This document shows, in pieces, positions 26,650 through 41,033 of a DNA stretch of 64,000 nt. Under the pieces are notes generated by a model. The model searched no databases. It was given only the letters and a program-made list of their open reading frames with translations, and was not told the DNA's origin. The position numbers and the translations under genes were made by a program. How positions within the stretch are numbered: position 1 is the first letter of the stretch; each line of letters opens with the position of its first letter. Where the stretch lies: positions 23,312,001-23,376,000 of the forward strand of contig JAQFVV010000004.1 in the NCBI GenBank assembly GCA_028023455.1, read 5' to 3'. This stretch comes from Epiperipatus broadwayi. Lineage: Eukaryota; Animalia; Onychophora.

Positions 26650-27240
26650 TTTGTAAACTTTACTACATTTAACACAATAATGATATTATTTATCTCAATA
26701 ATGATACATAGAAAAGTCTTTCAGTAAGGATATTAAAAGATTGGAAATCTTTTTCAAAGACTGGGGCCTTATTTCTAATCCAATGAAGATATTATGCTGA
26801 ATCTTTCATCCATACATCAGGAAATAAACTTATAAGAACTGAAACACAATCATAATCTATGCTATTTAGGAATAATCTTGGATCATAACCCAACATAGAT
26901 TCCTCATATAACTAAGGTTAAATCAAAATTAATTTTTAAAAATAACTCTACTTGGAAAGGTGATGCAATAAGGACAGCTTCTTTAGCACTAGCATATTCT
27001 GATAGTAAATACTGCATTCTTGTTTAAAGAAAAAATTTCCACATGAAGCTTCTGGATACTGCATTAAATATTATTATAAAACTTAACCTGTTTTTACACA
27101 TTTGTTTCCTGTATTTTCAAGTTTTTTCATTAAATATCAGAAGTTGCTTCCCAATATACAAAATGGTGTTAAGTAGACCAGACTTACCAATAACTCAAAA
27201 TATAATTTCATCTAAGATTACAACTTAAATCAAAATTCCT
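26650..27240 (+). mobile_element. LINE RT 3' fragment
   Basis: YLGIILDHN motif and AIRTASLALAYS..YC motif. Confidence 0.55.
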
Positions 27241-30200
27241 CTTTTGGATGTTACATCAAGAATCTACAATTGAAAAATGATGGCATAAAAATGAAATTCT
27301 TGTGATGTCCAAACAAATTTATTTTTCCAGATACATCAATAATGCCTTTTAGATTTGATTTTCCTAGATACAACTAGAATCTCATCAGTAGATTCAGAAC
27401 AACTCAGTCATAATGCTTATCACTTAATAAATGGAATTTATCAGCAACTAATCTATATAAATGAGAACAAATTCAAACTTTGAACTATATAAATGCTGAC
27501 AAATCTATGGGCACAATGGCAGTTGAAAGACTTAATAAAGTTAATAGGGATTCTGTCTCCTGATAGGAATCTCTATAGATTCCTTTATGATACTTTGTGA
27601 GTTAAACTGTCAAAAAAAAAAATCCATATGATAAATAAATGAATTCTTTATATTCATTATTTCTAAAAAAATAAATGTATCTCTGAATCTCTAGTTTACT
27701 CTAAATAATATAAGTAAAATCTCATTCATAAGTTTAATTCTTAATTATTTCAGTTGAGATTAGTCGATAAGTAAAAATTAAACAAAGGTAATTTCTTTTT
27801 ACTTATTAAATGAAATTGTTTATTGCAATATTTTCTTCTCATTATATTCCAATGAAATACTTCTTGAAGATAACATCAATCCTTTCACAATATTAAGACA
27901 AAGATTATAATACCATTATTTTCATACTTTATATTAGTAGAATCTACTATTAATTTGGGCATAAACATATATTATAGCTGAAACTTGTCCATTTTTTTAT
28001 TTATTTACACATACATAATTTCCTTGTCTTAAAGTGATCACATTTTATAATGATCTAAAATTCTGGTTTTAAACTATTAAAATCAACAGAATATTTTGTG
28101 GTAATATTTTGATTTTACTTGAATTTGTAATTGCAATATTTATAATAAATAAAATCTTTTTCACTATCATATCTTTATTACTTTGTATTCCTTTAATAAA
28201 AAATATATATACAGGTTAATCAAAACTGTCTATCTAATTTTTTTACTTAACAATCTCTGTTGTTCTTACAATATATTGAATCAAGATGATTTTTTAAAAA
28301 AACAACTTGTGACTGCACAATTCTGCCAAGTTTTCAAAACTTCAATAGAAATAATTGCAAATGTAATCCTAGGTCCCCAAGCCAATATATGGTTACACAA
28401 TAATGTTTTAGATTTACAAAACAACACACACTTAATTTAATTATTTATATATCACTAATTTATAATGTATCGTGTTTTCATAAGAAATGTATTAAGTTCG
28501 CTTATTAAACTGCATTTATTGAAATACATTGTAAAAGACAGAATATAGTTTAACGGTGGAATTAAAAAATATAAGCTATAAAAAGGATATGGCCTCCCTT
28601 TCTCTACCTACCTACTTACTCCCCCCCCCCACCTACATTATCTACCCATTCACCCATCCCCCTACCTACCTATCCACTCAGCGAAATAGGTGTTATGTAG
28701 AATATTTTACTGAATTGTGTACTGATATGGAATAGAATAAAAGGGTCAGAGAAAATAACAGAGGAAAAGTTTATTTTTGATCTAGAATTTATAATAATTT
28801 AAAACAGAGATCTTAAGATGTTCATCTGTTACTTTGTACAAAAACAAGAGACTGAAAGGATGCAATCATATAAAGAGTGAATGGAGAAGATGAGACAACT
28901 CATTATTTTAAAAATTAGTGTTGGGTTTTTTTAGCTGTAGATAGTAAGAAAACAATTATTATATGGAATTATGAATACAGTGAATAAGATAGTAATGAAA
29001 ATTAACATTCAAGGAAATTATTTAAGTTTTGCATTTGATTTGCCTAATAAAATATATACACTGTTTAACATTTAGAATTAGATATTTTGAAGGATCTATT
29101 TCAGTTAAAACTTGTGCTTCAATGAAATGAACAAACTGATGAATGTATTTACCAATGATACCTCAAATATTACAAGTGATTATTTTTAGCATTTCAATAT
29201 GTAGGGCAAATATTGTTTCCAATAATATTTCCTTTTCTCCTTGTGAATTATTGCAACTCATTTGGTAGAAGTTCTTTTTTTTTTTTTTACACCAATTTGA
29301 TAATATCAAGTCATAAGATTCTGAAACAATTTAAGTGAATATTTTTATTCATAAAAAAAAAAGATCAGATTAACATTGTAGCTGGGATTAGTCTTATCAA
29401 TATTTAACTATAGGAGCTTAATCTAGATTTATGTATGTTCATAGTAAAAAGCAGTTGGTTATGATAGTTTACCCGGCATACTGTATGCCATTTTTGAACT
29501 AGGAAATTTTTGTTTCTAGTTACACATATATTGTAAGTATTAATTTGTCAATGTTTTAATGTAATTTCAATATTGCAAAAATACTTTCAAGACTGTTTTT
29601 ATTTTTTTTTTGCATTTGTTTTAACAATTCAAGCAATGTTTTTTAATTATGAATATTGAAAACATATGAATTTTTTAAAATTAAATTACTGTGATAGACA
29701 TTTGATGTTCAGTCATCTTGCAGATTATTTTCATTTACTATAGATCTTAGCTTTTCAATATAGTTCTCCAAAAAATTGTGGATGTATTATATCAAATGTT
29801 GGGAGTAAGCTCTCCATCTCATTGCTTGGCATCTTCTACTAATCCTGCTGAAAGAAGCTAACATATAAAATTGGTTAGGTATTCAATATGTATGTATGTA
29901 TGAATAATTAAATTAGTGTCTATCATTATATAATTGTGCAATTTATAAATTAGAATTTCAATCTGATATTTTTTTTTTTTTTTGCTTTTGGAATAATGCT
30001 CTATTAATTTAAATATTCAAATTAAATTTGGCTGTATGGCATGCTCTTTTGAAGAGTGCTGGTGAATCAAAATAAATTTTGAAAGAAAGACCTGATCCTT
30101 TCAACTGTCCACCAATTCACATGGACAAAAAAATTGATGCTTTGGCCGATAGGTCAGTACGATTGATGGGTAGATTTTTTTCATGTGATCAATAATTATT

Positions 30201-32699
30201 AAAAATCATCATAACAATATATAGAAAAATATTTTAAATAGAACCACAATATAATTAAAGTCATATCAGTCTATTTCTAATTAAATGAGTATATTAATAG
30301 TCCTATATAATTTTGATAATATTGTAGTCTCAATGTCAATTTATTAAGCCTATTTACATTTTAAGATATAAGAAATAATGTAATTTGAATAATGAGAATC
30401 TCATATTCAGTTAACCTAACAATCTGGTTTATCTAGCATATAATCATACAAATTATTTTAACATCGTTTTAGATTTTATAATAATATTAAAAGTTAAACT
30501 TTAATTAAATATTCTTAAATCAAACAAAAATATTTAATGTAATACATATATATTATTTTAGTCTTGAATAATAAAATAAAATTCCTACAGAAAATAAATT
30601 AATACTCTTGGATTTCTCATTTGCTTTTGTCCTTAGCATTACATTATAGAAGTGCTCTAATCAGTTATAATCTATTTTTATTCTTTTCCTGCAAAATGTC
30701 AACAGAAACAAGAAATAAAATGAATTTTTTAATCAATAAAAATCAATCTGGAAAACAATTGTGAATCAGTAGGTTTTTTAATTAATTTTTTCTCATCGAC
30801 TGTATTATACTGTTTGTCAAAGCAAATGTAACTTCAAGAAAGTATGGTTAAAAACAATAATAATAAATTTTAATTGGTGCATTTTTATTTTTCAGTTTTA
30901 TTAGTTGATGAAAATAGTGCACTAATATAAAAAACAAAATTATCTTCAAAGCGCATGTGCAACAGCGTAATGCTGTGTTAAATATTACAGTTTACAAACA
31001 TCGCGCTATAAAAAAAAATGATTTATTTACATTCAACATATATGTAAACTATAATAAAAACTATTAAAAGATCTTCAATATTTTTTCATATGAATAGAAT
31101 TTTGTGTTAAAAGAAGACAGAAATATGGCATTAAAACTATATGCTATATGTATAATTTTATTATTAATATCCTGCTAATAAAATTTTAAGGTGTACATTT
31201 TAAAGACTTAAAAGAAGATAATAATCATGACTGGGTTTTTTTCTTTTCTTAAAATAAAATTACACTTTTTAAATATCACAAACATTTTTAAAAAACCTCC
31301 ACTTTGCTCATTTTCTTGCTTTATTAAAAAATATTACATGCCTTTAATACTTCTGCATTATTATTCGTTTTTTTTTTTTTGTAAATATTTTGCATTAACA
31401 AATATATTTCCTATCAATTGATATATTTCATGTAAAGAGACTTGGTGTTAAATGTATCAATTAACATCATTTTCCATACTGTTCAAAACTGTGTGAATGC
31501 ATTTTCATAATAATAAGGTTTGATGTATTTATTTTAATTCAGTTTACTTGAATATAATTTAATAAAAGGTGTTGTTAAATTAACCATCATAATTGAATGT
31601 TTTTTTTTTTTGTTAAAAAATAGTTATTGTCATAGTATTAATAAAGATTTCTGAATACTTCTGGAAGTTCATTAAATTTAACTTTTCTTTGCTATCTAAC
31701 TATCTACCAGCCATTTGGATCACATGCACGCGCACGTGCACACACACACACACACACAACAACCCTGCACCATATATGTATATTAAAAATTATAATTTTA
31801 TATCGAAAGAAACATTTACTAATAAGAATATAAAAGTATTGTAATTTTATTTTTTAAGATAGGAAGTTTATCTTAATTTCATAATGAAAGTATGTTTAAC
31901 ATTCCATCTAAACCTAACAAAAGCAATTTATACATTAAATGTAGTCAGTCTTTTGCAATAGCAGATTGAAATATAACCCTAGTTGACCAGAGCATCATCT
32001 TAAATTCATTATTTGTAATTCTATAAGTTATTAGTTTACTTCCAATGTTGATATTATCATTGGTCAGGCCAGAATAATAATATTACTCAAACATTGTATT
32101 ATATACCAATCTGTGTATTATTACTGAAAGATGAATATGCTTTAAAGGTTTAAATAATATTTGAATTTTTCTAAAAATATGTAATATATTAAAGTTAAAT
32201 GCTGGAAATACTGTGTAATCTACTATAAGATTTCAAATAAAATACTATCATAACTTTCAAGAAAACATTAAATATTTGATAATATGAAACGTCAGACATT
32301 ATAAAAAATGATGTCTCAAACTAGTCAAAATCAATTAACTTTCTTAAATAAATTAAAATCTGAAGGGACTATCCTTCATGCTTGCAATTAAAATCTAATT
32401 CATTCCAAAAGAGCTGAAAAAAATGTATCCAGAGAGCGAGTAAAACTCTGCTAAGAAAAAAAAAAAAATTCAACGGTTTCTCAAATACCTAACCTTCCAT
32501 TCTATTAGTAATACTGTTTGCTAAAAAAATAACTATGCCAATGAAAACTTCACAATTTTTCAATCAACAAAATAATCATTCTCTAAATTACATAAAAATA
32601 AATAAATAAACAAAAAGAACTTTGTACATTTACATGAGCATATCACATGTCATATTGTATCCAGAAAACTAGTAGCTCCATCTGTTAAAAATCTTAGAT

Positions 32700-34470
32700 T
32701 TAAAAAATAATTGATGCTGAAGCTTTTGTTCTCAAAAAAGGATTACACTTATGTAACAACTAACATCCTATTATTAGATGTAATGGCAGAAACTGAGGAA
32801 ATCATCCAAAAATTGTCTCTAAAAGAAACAAAAGAATTACATTGGAAAATAAAAAAACACTTTAGTAATACTAGAAATTTAAATCAATCATTACCTATGT
32901 TGAGAGAAAAGTTATTAAATATCTCAAATTACACAAATCTACAATGATTCTTTTTGATGGCAAAGATAAGATTATAGTTGTAATAAATATTGCTGATTAT
33001 ACCAATAAAATAGAAGAGATTTTCATAGCAGATCAATATAAAAACATGGAAAAAAAGTCTTCTACCAATTACAACAACAAAACTGTAATTAGTGTCACAG
33101 GCACTTTACTGGTTCAGAAAAAAAATAAATTAATGACATATTTTCTACTATGATTTATGCTAAATCCATAAGAACCATATTCCATTAATATTTACAGTTA
33201 GTTCTGAAAATCATCATGTCAAAACTTTCAAGATTTCTTCTTAAAGTTTGTAGTCTTTTGGTATACAAGACACAGTTCTTTGTCTGGAGTTTTAAGCATT
33301 TTGTAAAATTAATCAAGAATGTGGAAATAAAATATCTGACAATTAGTAAACAATGATGTGGAAAGTTTATCAGAAATATAACCTGTAATGAAACTGTCAT
33401 TGTCACAAAAAAAAAAAAAAAAGATTAAATGAGGATAAACGCTTAAAAACTAGAAAAACTTTTACTACTGCTAATATAATAAAACTCTTAATATTCTGCA
33501 TAACAATATATTTTCAATACAATCCAAAACTTTTCCAACAAAATGAAAAAAAAACAATGGATTCATACTGCCATTTGATTAGAAACATTTATTTATATGA
33601 AAAAACTTCAAACAATGATCAAAAATACTACTGTGTATTTATTTAAAGTCTGCCTTTGTTATGTTATTGATATATTTATGGTATAGCTATATAATGAAGT
33701 CTACTACAAACATTCTGGATACACATCAATAACATATATCCTTCAATTAAATGAACAATAGAATTAGAACAAAAACAAAAATTGGCCAATGTTAGATATT
33801 CTTGAACAACACTCCCTCATTACAAAATTAAAACTATGATTTATATAAAAATCAACACTCACAGGAAAATTTTCAACATATACAACAAATCAAAATAAAA
33901 ACACAAAAAATGGAATAGAGAAAAAGAATTTATTTAGAATCCTGTGACTTGAAAAAAAAAAAAATCATACAGAAAACAAATTTTCATGAAAACTAATTAT
34001 TGATAAGCGATTGTTAAAAATTTTTTTAAAGAGGCAGCAAAAAAAAAAACAAAAAAACAACAACAACTAAAGAACAAACAAGCTAAAAAACAAAAAAACA
34101 ACTGCAATCAATACAATATCAGAACATTATTCCTAAGCTATAGCATACTATGAGGAATCTGATCTTTAAATAACCTAAACCTGAAATACTAAATAATAAA
34201 AACTTATCAACAAAATACTATATGAGAAGGTGGAACGATATATATTAATGAACTAGTCATACCATTGAAAAATGATTAAAGAATAAAAATTAATGATTAG
34301 AGAAAAAAAAACCCCTGATGCATCTAAAGTCGAAGAACATGCATATATCAATGAACATAAATACAATTGGGAAAAACAAAAATATTGAATAGAAAAAAAA
34401 AAGTAAAAAAAAAAAAAGTAAAAAAAATCTGCTCACATGACATGACAATGGTAAATAACATCACAAACCA
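32700..34470 (+). mobile_element. Penelope-like element (RT plus GIY-YIG endonuclease), decayed
   Basis: DGKDKIIVVINIADYTNKI (ADKG-type PLE motif), FLDI.L, LLQN.NYDLY.KSTLTG and C-terminal YI.ETS...S.VEEHAY.N.H.YNWE..KIL. Confidence 0.7.
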
Positions 34471-34477
34471 ATCTATA

Positions 34478-34870
34478 AATGTTACATAATGAGCATGCTA
34501 ATAGTTCATAATAAGCTTTTCTGAATATCTCTATCCTCAGACCGGTTTCTAGCTCTGACTGACATCAGTGAGGCACTAGGACATTCAGGTATTAGACTTA
34601 AAAATATCAGGTCAAGCCCCAGCATTCATCTAATAGTTATCTATTAAGTAGAAAATCTAAAAATTTCAGACATCTATGTCTTCAAATCCAGCTTTCTAAC
34701 TTAGTCATATGAGACTGAATTAAGTTCAGATACATCCTATATTAACAGCTTTAACAATATAAAATCACCGAAGCTTCAAGAGCAAAACAATAATTACTGA
34801 TTTGAGGATAGGGATATTCAGAAAAGCTTCTTATGAACTATTAGCATGTTCATTATATAACATTTGTAAT
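34478..34870. repeat. Fold-back pseudo-LTR-like repeat at the 3' end of the Penelope remnant
   Basis: Inverted arms of about 70 bp (34478-34540 and 34801-34870). Same family as 50090-50465. Confidence 0.7.
34535..34573 (-). ncRNA. Degenerate minimal hammerhead motif
   Basis: CCTCA CTGATGT ... GAAACCGGTC TGAGG. Helix I is perfect; A9 is mutated. Confidence 0.55.
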
Positions 34871-35299
34871 ACAAGCTTATTAAATTAAGTCATATGATGT
34901 AGGACTTGATTTTTTTGCAAGTCAATCTAATACGTTAATCCATAATATATGGAAATGACACATTAATTTTGCTCTTAAGAAAAAATAAAAAAATCAGAGG
35001 ATATAGGTAAGTAGTATTTATATATCAAGTTCAATTTCCAAGCAATTAGTAATATATGAAGAGAGAAAAATAATATCAGTCAAAACGTTTTGAATAAAGT
35101 TTGAAAATATTTAACAATTAAAATTAAATGATGGAAATAATACAATTTATAAATACTAATATACAATCAGTATATCTAAAAACATTATTAATTCTATTTC
35201 TAAATTTTTGAAGAACAATTTCCTTAGCAATCGCATATTCTATAGTTGAATACAGTTTCTTTGTTTAGAGAATAAATGCTCACAATAAACTTCTGGATA

Positions 35300-35510
35300 T
35301 GTAATTAACTATTATTATAAATAATATCATTGGCACATCATATAGACTCTCAAAATAGTTGCTCATTAATGCCTTCTAATATCTGATGAAACTGTCTTGC
35401 AGAAAATGCATAAAAAGTTTTCATCAAATCTGATATAACACTACTTCAAGACAGTTTCATCACCAAATGCATGTCTCAAATCAAAATCTCCTGTCTGAAT
35501 ATTCAATCAG
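35300..35510 (-). mobile_element. Mariner-like transposase N-terminal fragment
   Basis: IQTGDFDLR and AFGDETV-like HTH fragments. Confidence 0.35.
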
Positions 35511-35752
35511 AAACCTTTTATATAGCCAATGAATTAATATATAATTTTTTTTGTTGTTGTTGTTGATATTATTGTGTTTTTCTTCTTAGAAAATGATTCA
35601 TATGAGAAATTATTTAATCAATGATTGTTTAATTTATGCATACAACAACACAATTGCAATACAGTTATTAATAAAGTCACAAGTAAATCCATCTAATATT
35701 AATATCATCTATGTTCTTTGTTACTTTTTAGAATTTTTTTTTACAACCCACT

Positions 35753-35791
35753 ATTGACAGTTTCGATTGCCCCAGCAATCTTCTTCAGAAC
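35753..35791 (-). ncRNA. Second-family minimal hammerhead motif
   Basis: CTGAAGA A GATTGC-TGGG-GCAATC GAAAC T GTC. Stem II is a perfect 6 bp; helix I is short. Confidence 0.5.
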
Positions 35792-36103
35792 TTCTGCTTA
35801 TATTTGGAAATATAAATAGTAAATCCACCTCTTGGTTAGAATCAGTACAGATTCCTTTCTAATAGCTAGCAATCTCTCTTTTTATTTTAAAAAAAATCTA
35901 TTTGATACTTTTAACAACAATAATAAAAATTATTAGCTCTCTTTTCATACACAAGCTATATCAACAATGTAATCACAAGTAAGAATAATTTCAACTTTTA
36001 TAAAAATGCTATGTAAATATATGGCAACCACTGAAATTACAAAAGATTTCTACAGAGATTTTATCTTCTAATGAAAATTTTCATTTCATTTATTTTTGTT
36101 GAA

Positions 36104-37140
36104 TGAATGAGAGAGTCCGGTTGTTGGGAGGACTCCCAGGGACCTAAAACCTAATTCTTTTTAGGGAGGGGGCTGGAATGAGGGCGCTGTGATGATTGTT
36201 ACCAAAGCTGGTTTTTCTCATTCACAAGATAGAAAAAATAACATTATTTATGGCGATTCTTTAACGTTATCGTCATGAATGATTTTATCCATTTATTATT
36301 GCAAAATAAGTTGCAGTTTGGACTCATGATTTTAATTGCAAGTGATTCACCTTATTTAATTTTATTACTTCCAATGTTGTTATTGATAGGGATGGCCTTT
36401 TGCTGTTCATGTGATTTTCATGATGGATTAGAATGGTTTTCAGCAAAGACATTTTGAAGCTTGGATTTTTATTTTCATTGTTCTCCATAGTTTTTCCATA
36501 ATTTTTCCAAAGTATTCGGGATTGCTCTCTTGTGAAGATATTCGAGGCCATTTGAAGGAACTGAACAGTAGATTTAGTCTGTATTTTATGTTATCTCCAA
36601 ATGTTTTCCTATTTCTCAACTTATCCACCGCAAATTGGATTTCCCAATATTGTACTTCTAAAATACTATTCATGTTTGATTTCTAGACTTTAAAAATAAT
36701 TCCTAATTGTACTTTTTTAATAAAATTTTCATTACAATCAACTTTGCTGATTGAATGAGAGAATATGGTTATTGGGAGGGGCCCCAGAGACCTAAATCCT
36801 GATTCTTTTGAGGGGGAGGGCTAGGAGGAGGGTGCTGTGGGGACTGTTGCCAACGTTGATTTTCTCATTCGCAAGAAGGAAAAAAAACGCTATTCATAGC
36901 GGTTTTAGCGTTATTGTTATAAACAATTTTATCCAATTATTATTGCAAAGTAAACCGCAGTTTGACCTAATGATTTTAATTGCAAGTGATTCACCCTATT
37001 TAAATTTATTATTTCCTATGTTGTTATCTCCAAGTGTTTTCCTATTCTCAACTTATCCATCGCAAATTGGATTTCTCAATATTGTACTCCTAAAATACTA
37101 CTCATATTTGAACTCTAGACTTTACAAATAATTCCTAATT
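36104..37140 (-). repeat. Tandemly duplicated LINE RT fragment (36104-36700 and 36753-37140)
   Basis: Two colinear copies; the second lacks about 190 bp. The first reads EIQFAVDKLRNRKTFGDNI, like the LINE K.PG.DGI linker. Confidence 0.7.
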
Positions 37141-37499
37141 GTAACATTCATTTGTCTTTAATGGTTAATATACACCCTTTCCACATCCCTTTCCCTTTTC
37201 ATATGTATCCTTCCCCTTTTACCATGTTGTTCCTGAATTTCATTTTTACAATTCTTTGTAAACCTCTTATTTAACTGCATTTGTACCATTTTTTTTGATG
37301 AATAGACTTTCATAACTGAGAAAAAAACAAACAATAAAAATTAGAATTGCAGATTTTAGTATTCAAAACAAAATGAGATAAACTTTATAGTTTTGATTTT
37401 ATATTTTATTGAAACATTATAAATTTAGATTATTGTTTTGCTTTTTTTTAATGATTTTATGAATTATTTTCAAGACTCTTTAAAATATATTACACTCAC

Positions 37500-37578
37500 C
37501 ACACGCTTCTGGTTGCACCGTCACCATACATTCCAAATGATCTATCATGATTCTGATAGCTTAATTGCTTCTGATAAA
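37500..37578 (-). CDS. Mcr: Exon E7b: (V)YQKQLSYQNHDRSFGMYGDGATRSV(W)
   Basis: T-rich TTTAG acceptor, TG|GTGAGT donor, 79 nt, phase 1-2. Joins E6 to E8 in frame. Clear paralogue of E7a. Confidence 0.88.
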
Positions 37579-40500
37579 CTAAATTAAAAAAAAAAAAGTA
37601 AAAAAATTACTATATATTAATTATAATAAAATATAGTTTGAATTCATTGTAATCACTGCTGAGTTTGATAATATACATCAAGTTGATAAAATAATAAAAT
37701 AAAGATGGATACAGATAATATGTTTAATTTGGTTGTTTGTCTTCAAAAAAAATATGTACAGTATATTCTTTTTAAAAAATAAATTTATAAAGAAAGTACT
37801 CCCTCCTCCACATCTGTCTAAAAATCATAAGAATATAAATAAAAAAACATAAAAGAATTAAAAAAAAAGAAGAAGACAAAAACCAGAGAAAGGAATAATA
37901 TTTTAAATTTTTTAAACAAAATGTGATAAACTAGAAAACAGTCAAGAGAAGGAGGAAGATCAGTACATAGTTCTTTGCTTGAAGGCTGTTTGAGTAATGA
38001 GATAATAGGATATTGTGATCATATTAAAATAATTGATTAATCATTGGTGGAGTTTGTAATTGTTTATTACTCTCTTAATATTATTTATTCTAGCATCACA
38101 ATGCTAGAGTTATGCTATAAAATATAAAAATGAATAATACATTTTCAGAAAGGAATAGTAAGGTTTCTTTAATGTAGACAAAATAATAAACTAATTATTA
38201 TAATTTATTTAAATTTTTTTTTATTGTATTAAAAATATATATATATAGAAAGAAAAAATACCAAAAATAGTAAGGACTGTGAGATGAAAAGATGGTTATG
38301 CTAATTTAATTAGAAAGAACAAAATGGCGATAAGTCTTAAGTGTATTAGAAAGAAAGCTGATGATAAATTTATTGAAAAAACATACACAAATATATATCA
38401 GGATTATCATTTCAATAAAGTGACAAAAATTCTATTATTCTCTGGATGAGATAAATTTATGTATTTGATATATGTAGTATAAACATTAGATTCAACACAA
38501 TTCATATCTTTGAAATGATTTTGAATATACACATATAGTTAAATTGTTAAAATTTTTTCAAATTTCTAACAGACTTAGACTATAGTCAGCCAATAATCAT
38601 TGATAAATGGAGATCTAGTTATTACTAGCTAGAGAATAATACAAGGTTGAAAAACTATTAAAACCCTCACTATACAATAATTGGAAAGCCTTATGAGTAA
38701 TGACTTCTTTTTCACTCTTCCTCTTTGAGAAGATACGAGAAGTTCACTCGTCTTACCTTGGGATATTTAAAACCCATTTTTATCTTTTTTTTAAATGTAT
38801 ATATGTGTATTAACATAAAGTATTCCATAAATGCAGTATCGTAGGTTTAATGTATATTTTATTTTTGAACCTTAATGTATCTTAGCAATATATATATAAA
38901 TTCAAATAATGCTAATAATAGGAAAATGAAATGAAAAAAATAAATAAGCAAAGCAATACTGATGCAGCAGACATTTTAAAAGAAAATAAGTAAATGCAGT
39001 GATTAGCATCCCACATCATTATAAGGAAGCTGGCTTGTTACTGATTGTTGAACAACCATTCTTAAAGCTCAATCAAAGTAAATCTGACCTATGAATAAAA
39101 TTTTTGAATATGGGGAAGAATATACATTAAAATTACAAATGTTGAATGTATAGCACTGAGGTATGTAATGCAAAATGTATTCATATATTTAATCACTTGT
39201 TTGATAAATAAATAAAATATTTAAATTTTTAAATTGAAAATAAAAGTGGTAAATAAAAGTTTTTGTTTTATTCTTTAAAAAAATTTTTTTTGATAATATT
39301 TAGTTTATAGAAAACCTTACATATACATATATGTGAACTTATCAGATTCATCCATAGATATATTTGCTTATAATTAATATTAGCATTGTGCAACATTTCA
39401 ATTGGCTTATACCTTTAATATTTGAGGTAATAAAGAGCATTCAGACACACTGACTTTCAGGCAACTTTACACCAGTGAATTACCTTTAATACCCAAAAGA
39501 TGGCTGGTAATACCAAATCAAACACTGGTATACAAATCCTCATAAAAATAGTGAAAAAAGACACACATGGACAAAATCATAATATAAGTTCATATAGTTT
39601 ATTTATGAAAATATTTGCTTTAATATATATATATAACAATTATATATGCATAAGGAAAAAAATATATACTCGTATAGGTGTTGAAAGTTTTCAATAGCAA
39701 AAAATGTATTATAAATCATAGTCATTTTTTGGGATTAACTATATAAAATATTAGGCTATAAATGTATGATGCTTTAGCAAAATAAGTTACCATCAAATGG
39801 ATAGATACCATGTGGTCATTACCTTTTTATATCTTTGCTATGCCCACATAATATATTTACCCAATTGAATTTAAATGTTATTTTGCTGAAACGTCAGGAG
39901 TATACTTACATCTTTTAACATTTTATATGATTAAATCAAAAAATTACTAAAAATTATAATATCAATAATTATGCGCTTATAACGCTCATTAAAGAAGTTA
40001 TATATATTATTAAATTTATTTAAAGCTTAGCCCTTTCAAAGCTCTATGGCTTCATAATCATAACTGTATGTGGTTGATAGTGATGAGGGAGTGTATATTA
40101 AATACTTAACATCTAGTTTTCTTTTGTCAAAAAAAAAACCCATTATAAACTAGAAAATTAATCCATATAAGATTTAGGACTGTAAAGATGAAGATGGTTT
40201 TATTCTTATATAGGTTTTCTGACAAAAAAAAAAAAAAAATAACAGAAAAAATTATTCATCCATTTGTCTTACAAATATATACTAAAAGTATAACAGCATT
40301 TTCACATATTTGATAAATTTCAGCTATGATTATAGGCAAACAACCAATTAAAACTGACATTTATAAATTAAAATCAGGCCATATAACAAAATACATTCTA
40401 GGAAAATACACAGAAATTGGTATTATACTTTCATTATTGACATCTATAAAGCCTGTAAATATTTAATTACTTTATATATTGCTAATTAAAAATAAAAATA

Positions 40501-40861
40501 TTAGTGAACAAAGTTAAATTTATATTTCATACAAAAGAATTTAATAATAATTAAAAAAAATATTCTCAGGTAGTCAAGTATTTTTCTGTAAAATAATAAC
40601 AATAATTATTATTTATTTAAACTAACATTAAGAAACTCAATAACTAATTAGTGATTAACATTATTGTCAATATTTATATAAGGTTAAAAAAAAAATCAAT
40701 AGGATATTTGAATGTTTACTATAGAAAATTAGAACATGCTATTATATTGTTGGATACCTGAATATACCAAACCAAAAATTACCATGCAGCAAGCTACAAA
40801 AAAACATTATACTATTGTCAATAAATAACAGATATCCCATGAATAAATTTAAATTATAAAC

Positions 40862-41033
40862 CAAACTTTCAAATTACCCCGTGGATTATTGGGAGTATAG
40901 GGATAACTTTGCATATTGCTTGGTATAGGTGTTTTAAATGCTCCAGAGATAACAGTTTGATTTGAATACTGTGATGGCTTCCAGTCCTTTGGAAATTTAT
41001 ACCTGAACTTCCCATAATACTGCATACGATAAC
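40862..41033 (-). CDS. Candidate exon E7x: (G)YRMQYYGKFRYKFPKDWKPSQYSNQTVISGAFKTPIPSNMQSYPYTPNNPRGNLKV(W)
   Basis: Pyrimidine tract plus CTACAG acceptor, then 56 open codons. Two possible donors: G|GTAATT at 40878 (156 nt, phase 1-1) or TG|GTTTAT at 40862 (172 nt, phase 1-2, ending VW like the canonical exon). Its 3' end shares about 20 nt with E7a. No transcript evidence. Confidence 0.55.

Noticed and set aside
28590-28680. C-rich/(CCTA)n tract (G-rich on the minus strand); also the (CA)n microsatellite near 31738-31758
   Set aside because: Simple low-complexity sequence with no supporting context.
38757-38870. Strong AAG|GTAAGA donor at 38757 within the E7 cluster
   Set aside because: The 114-nt candidate has stops in all three frames, and the shorter one (IKMGFKYPK) lacks a pyrimidine tract and has the wrong phase.
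39514-39538. 25-nt phase 1-2 micro-exon candidate (G)FVYQCLI(W) with TG|GTATTA donor, inside the E7 cluster
   Set aside because: The phase fits and it ends in W, but the acceptor is a rare GAG and it is short enough to arise by chance. Worth a junction check only.
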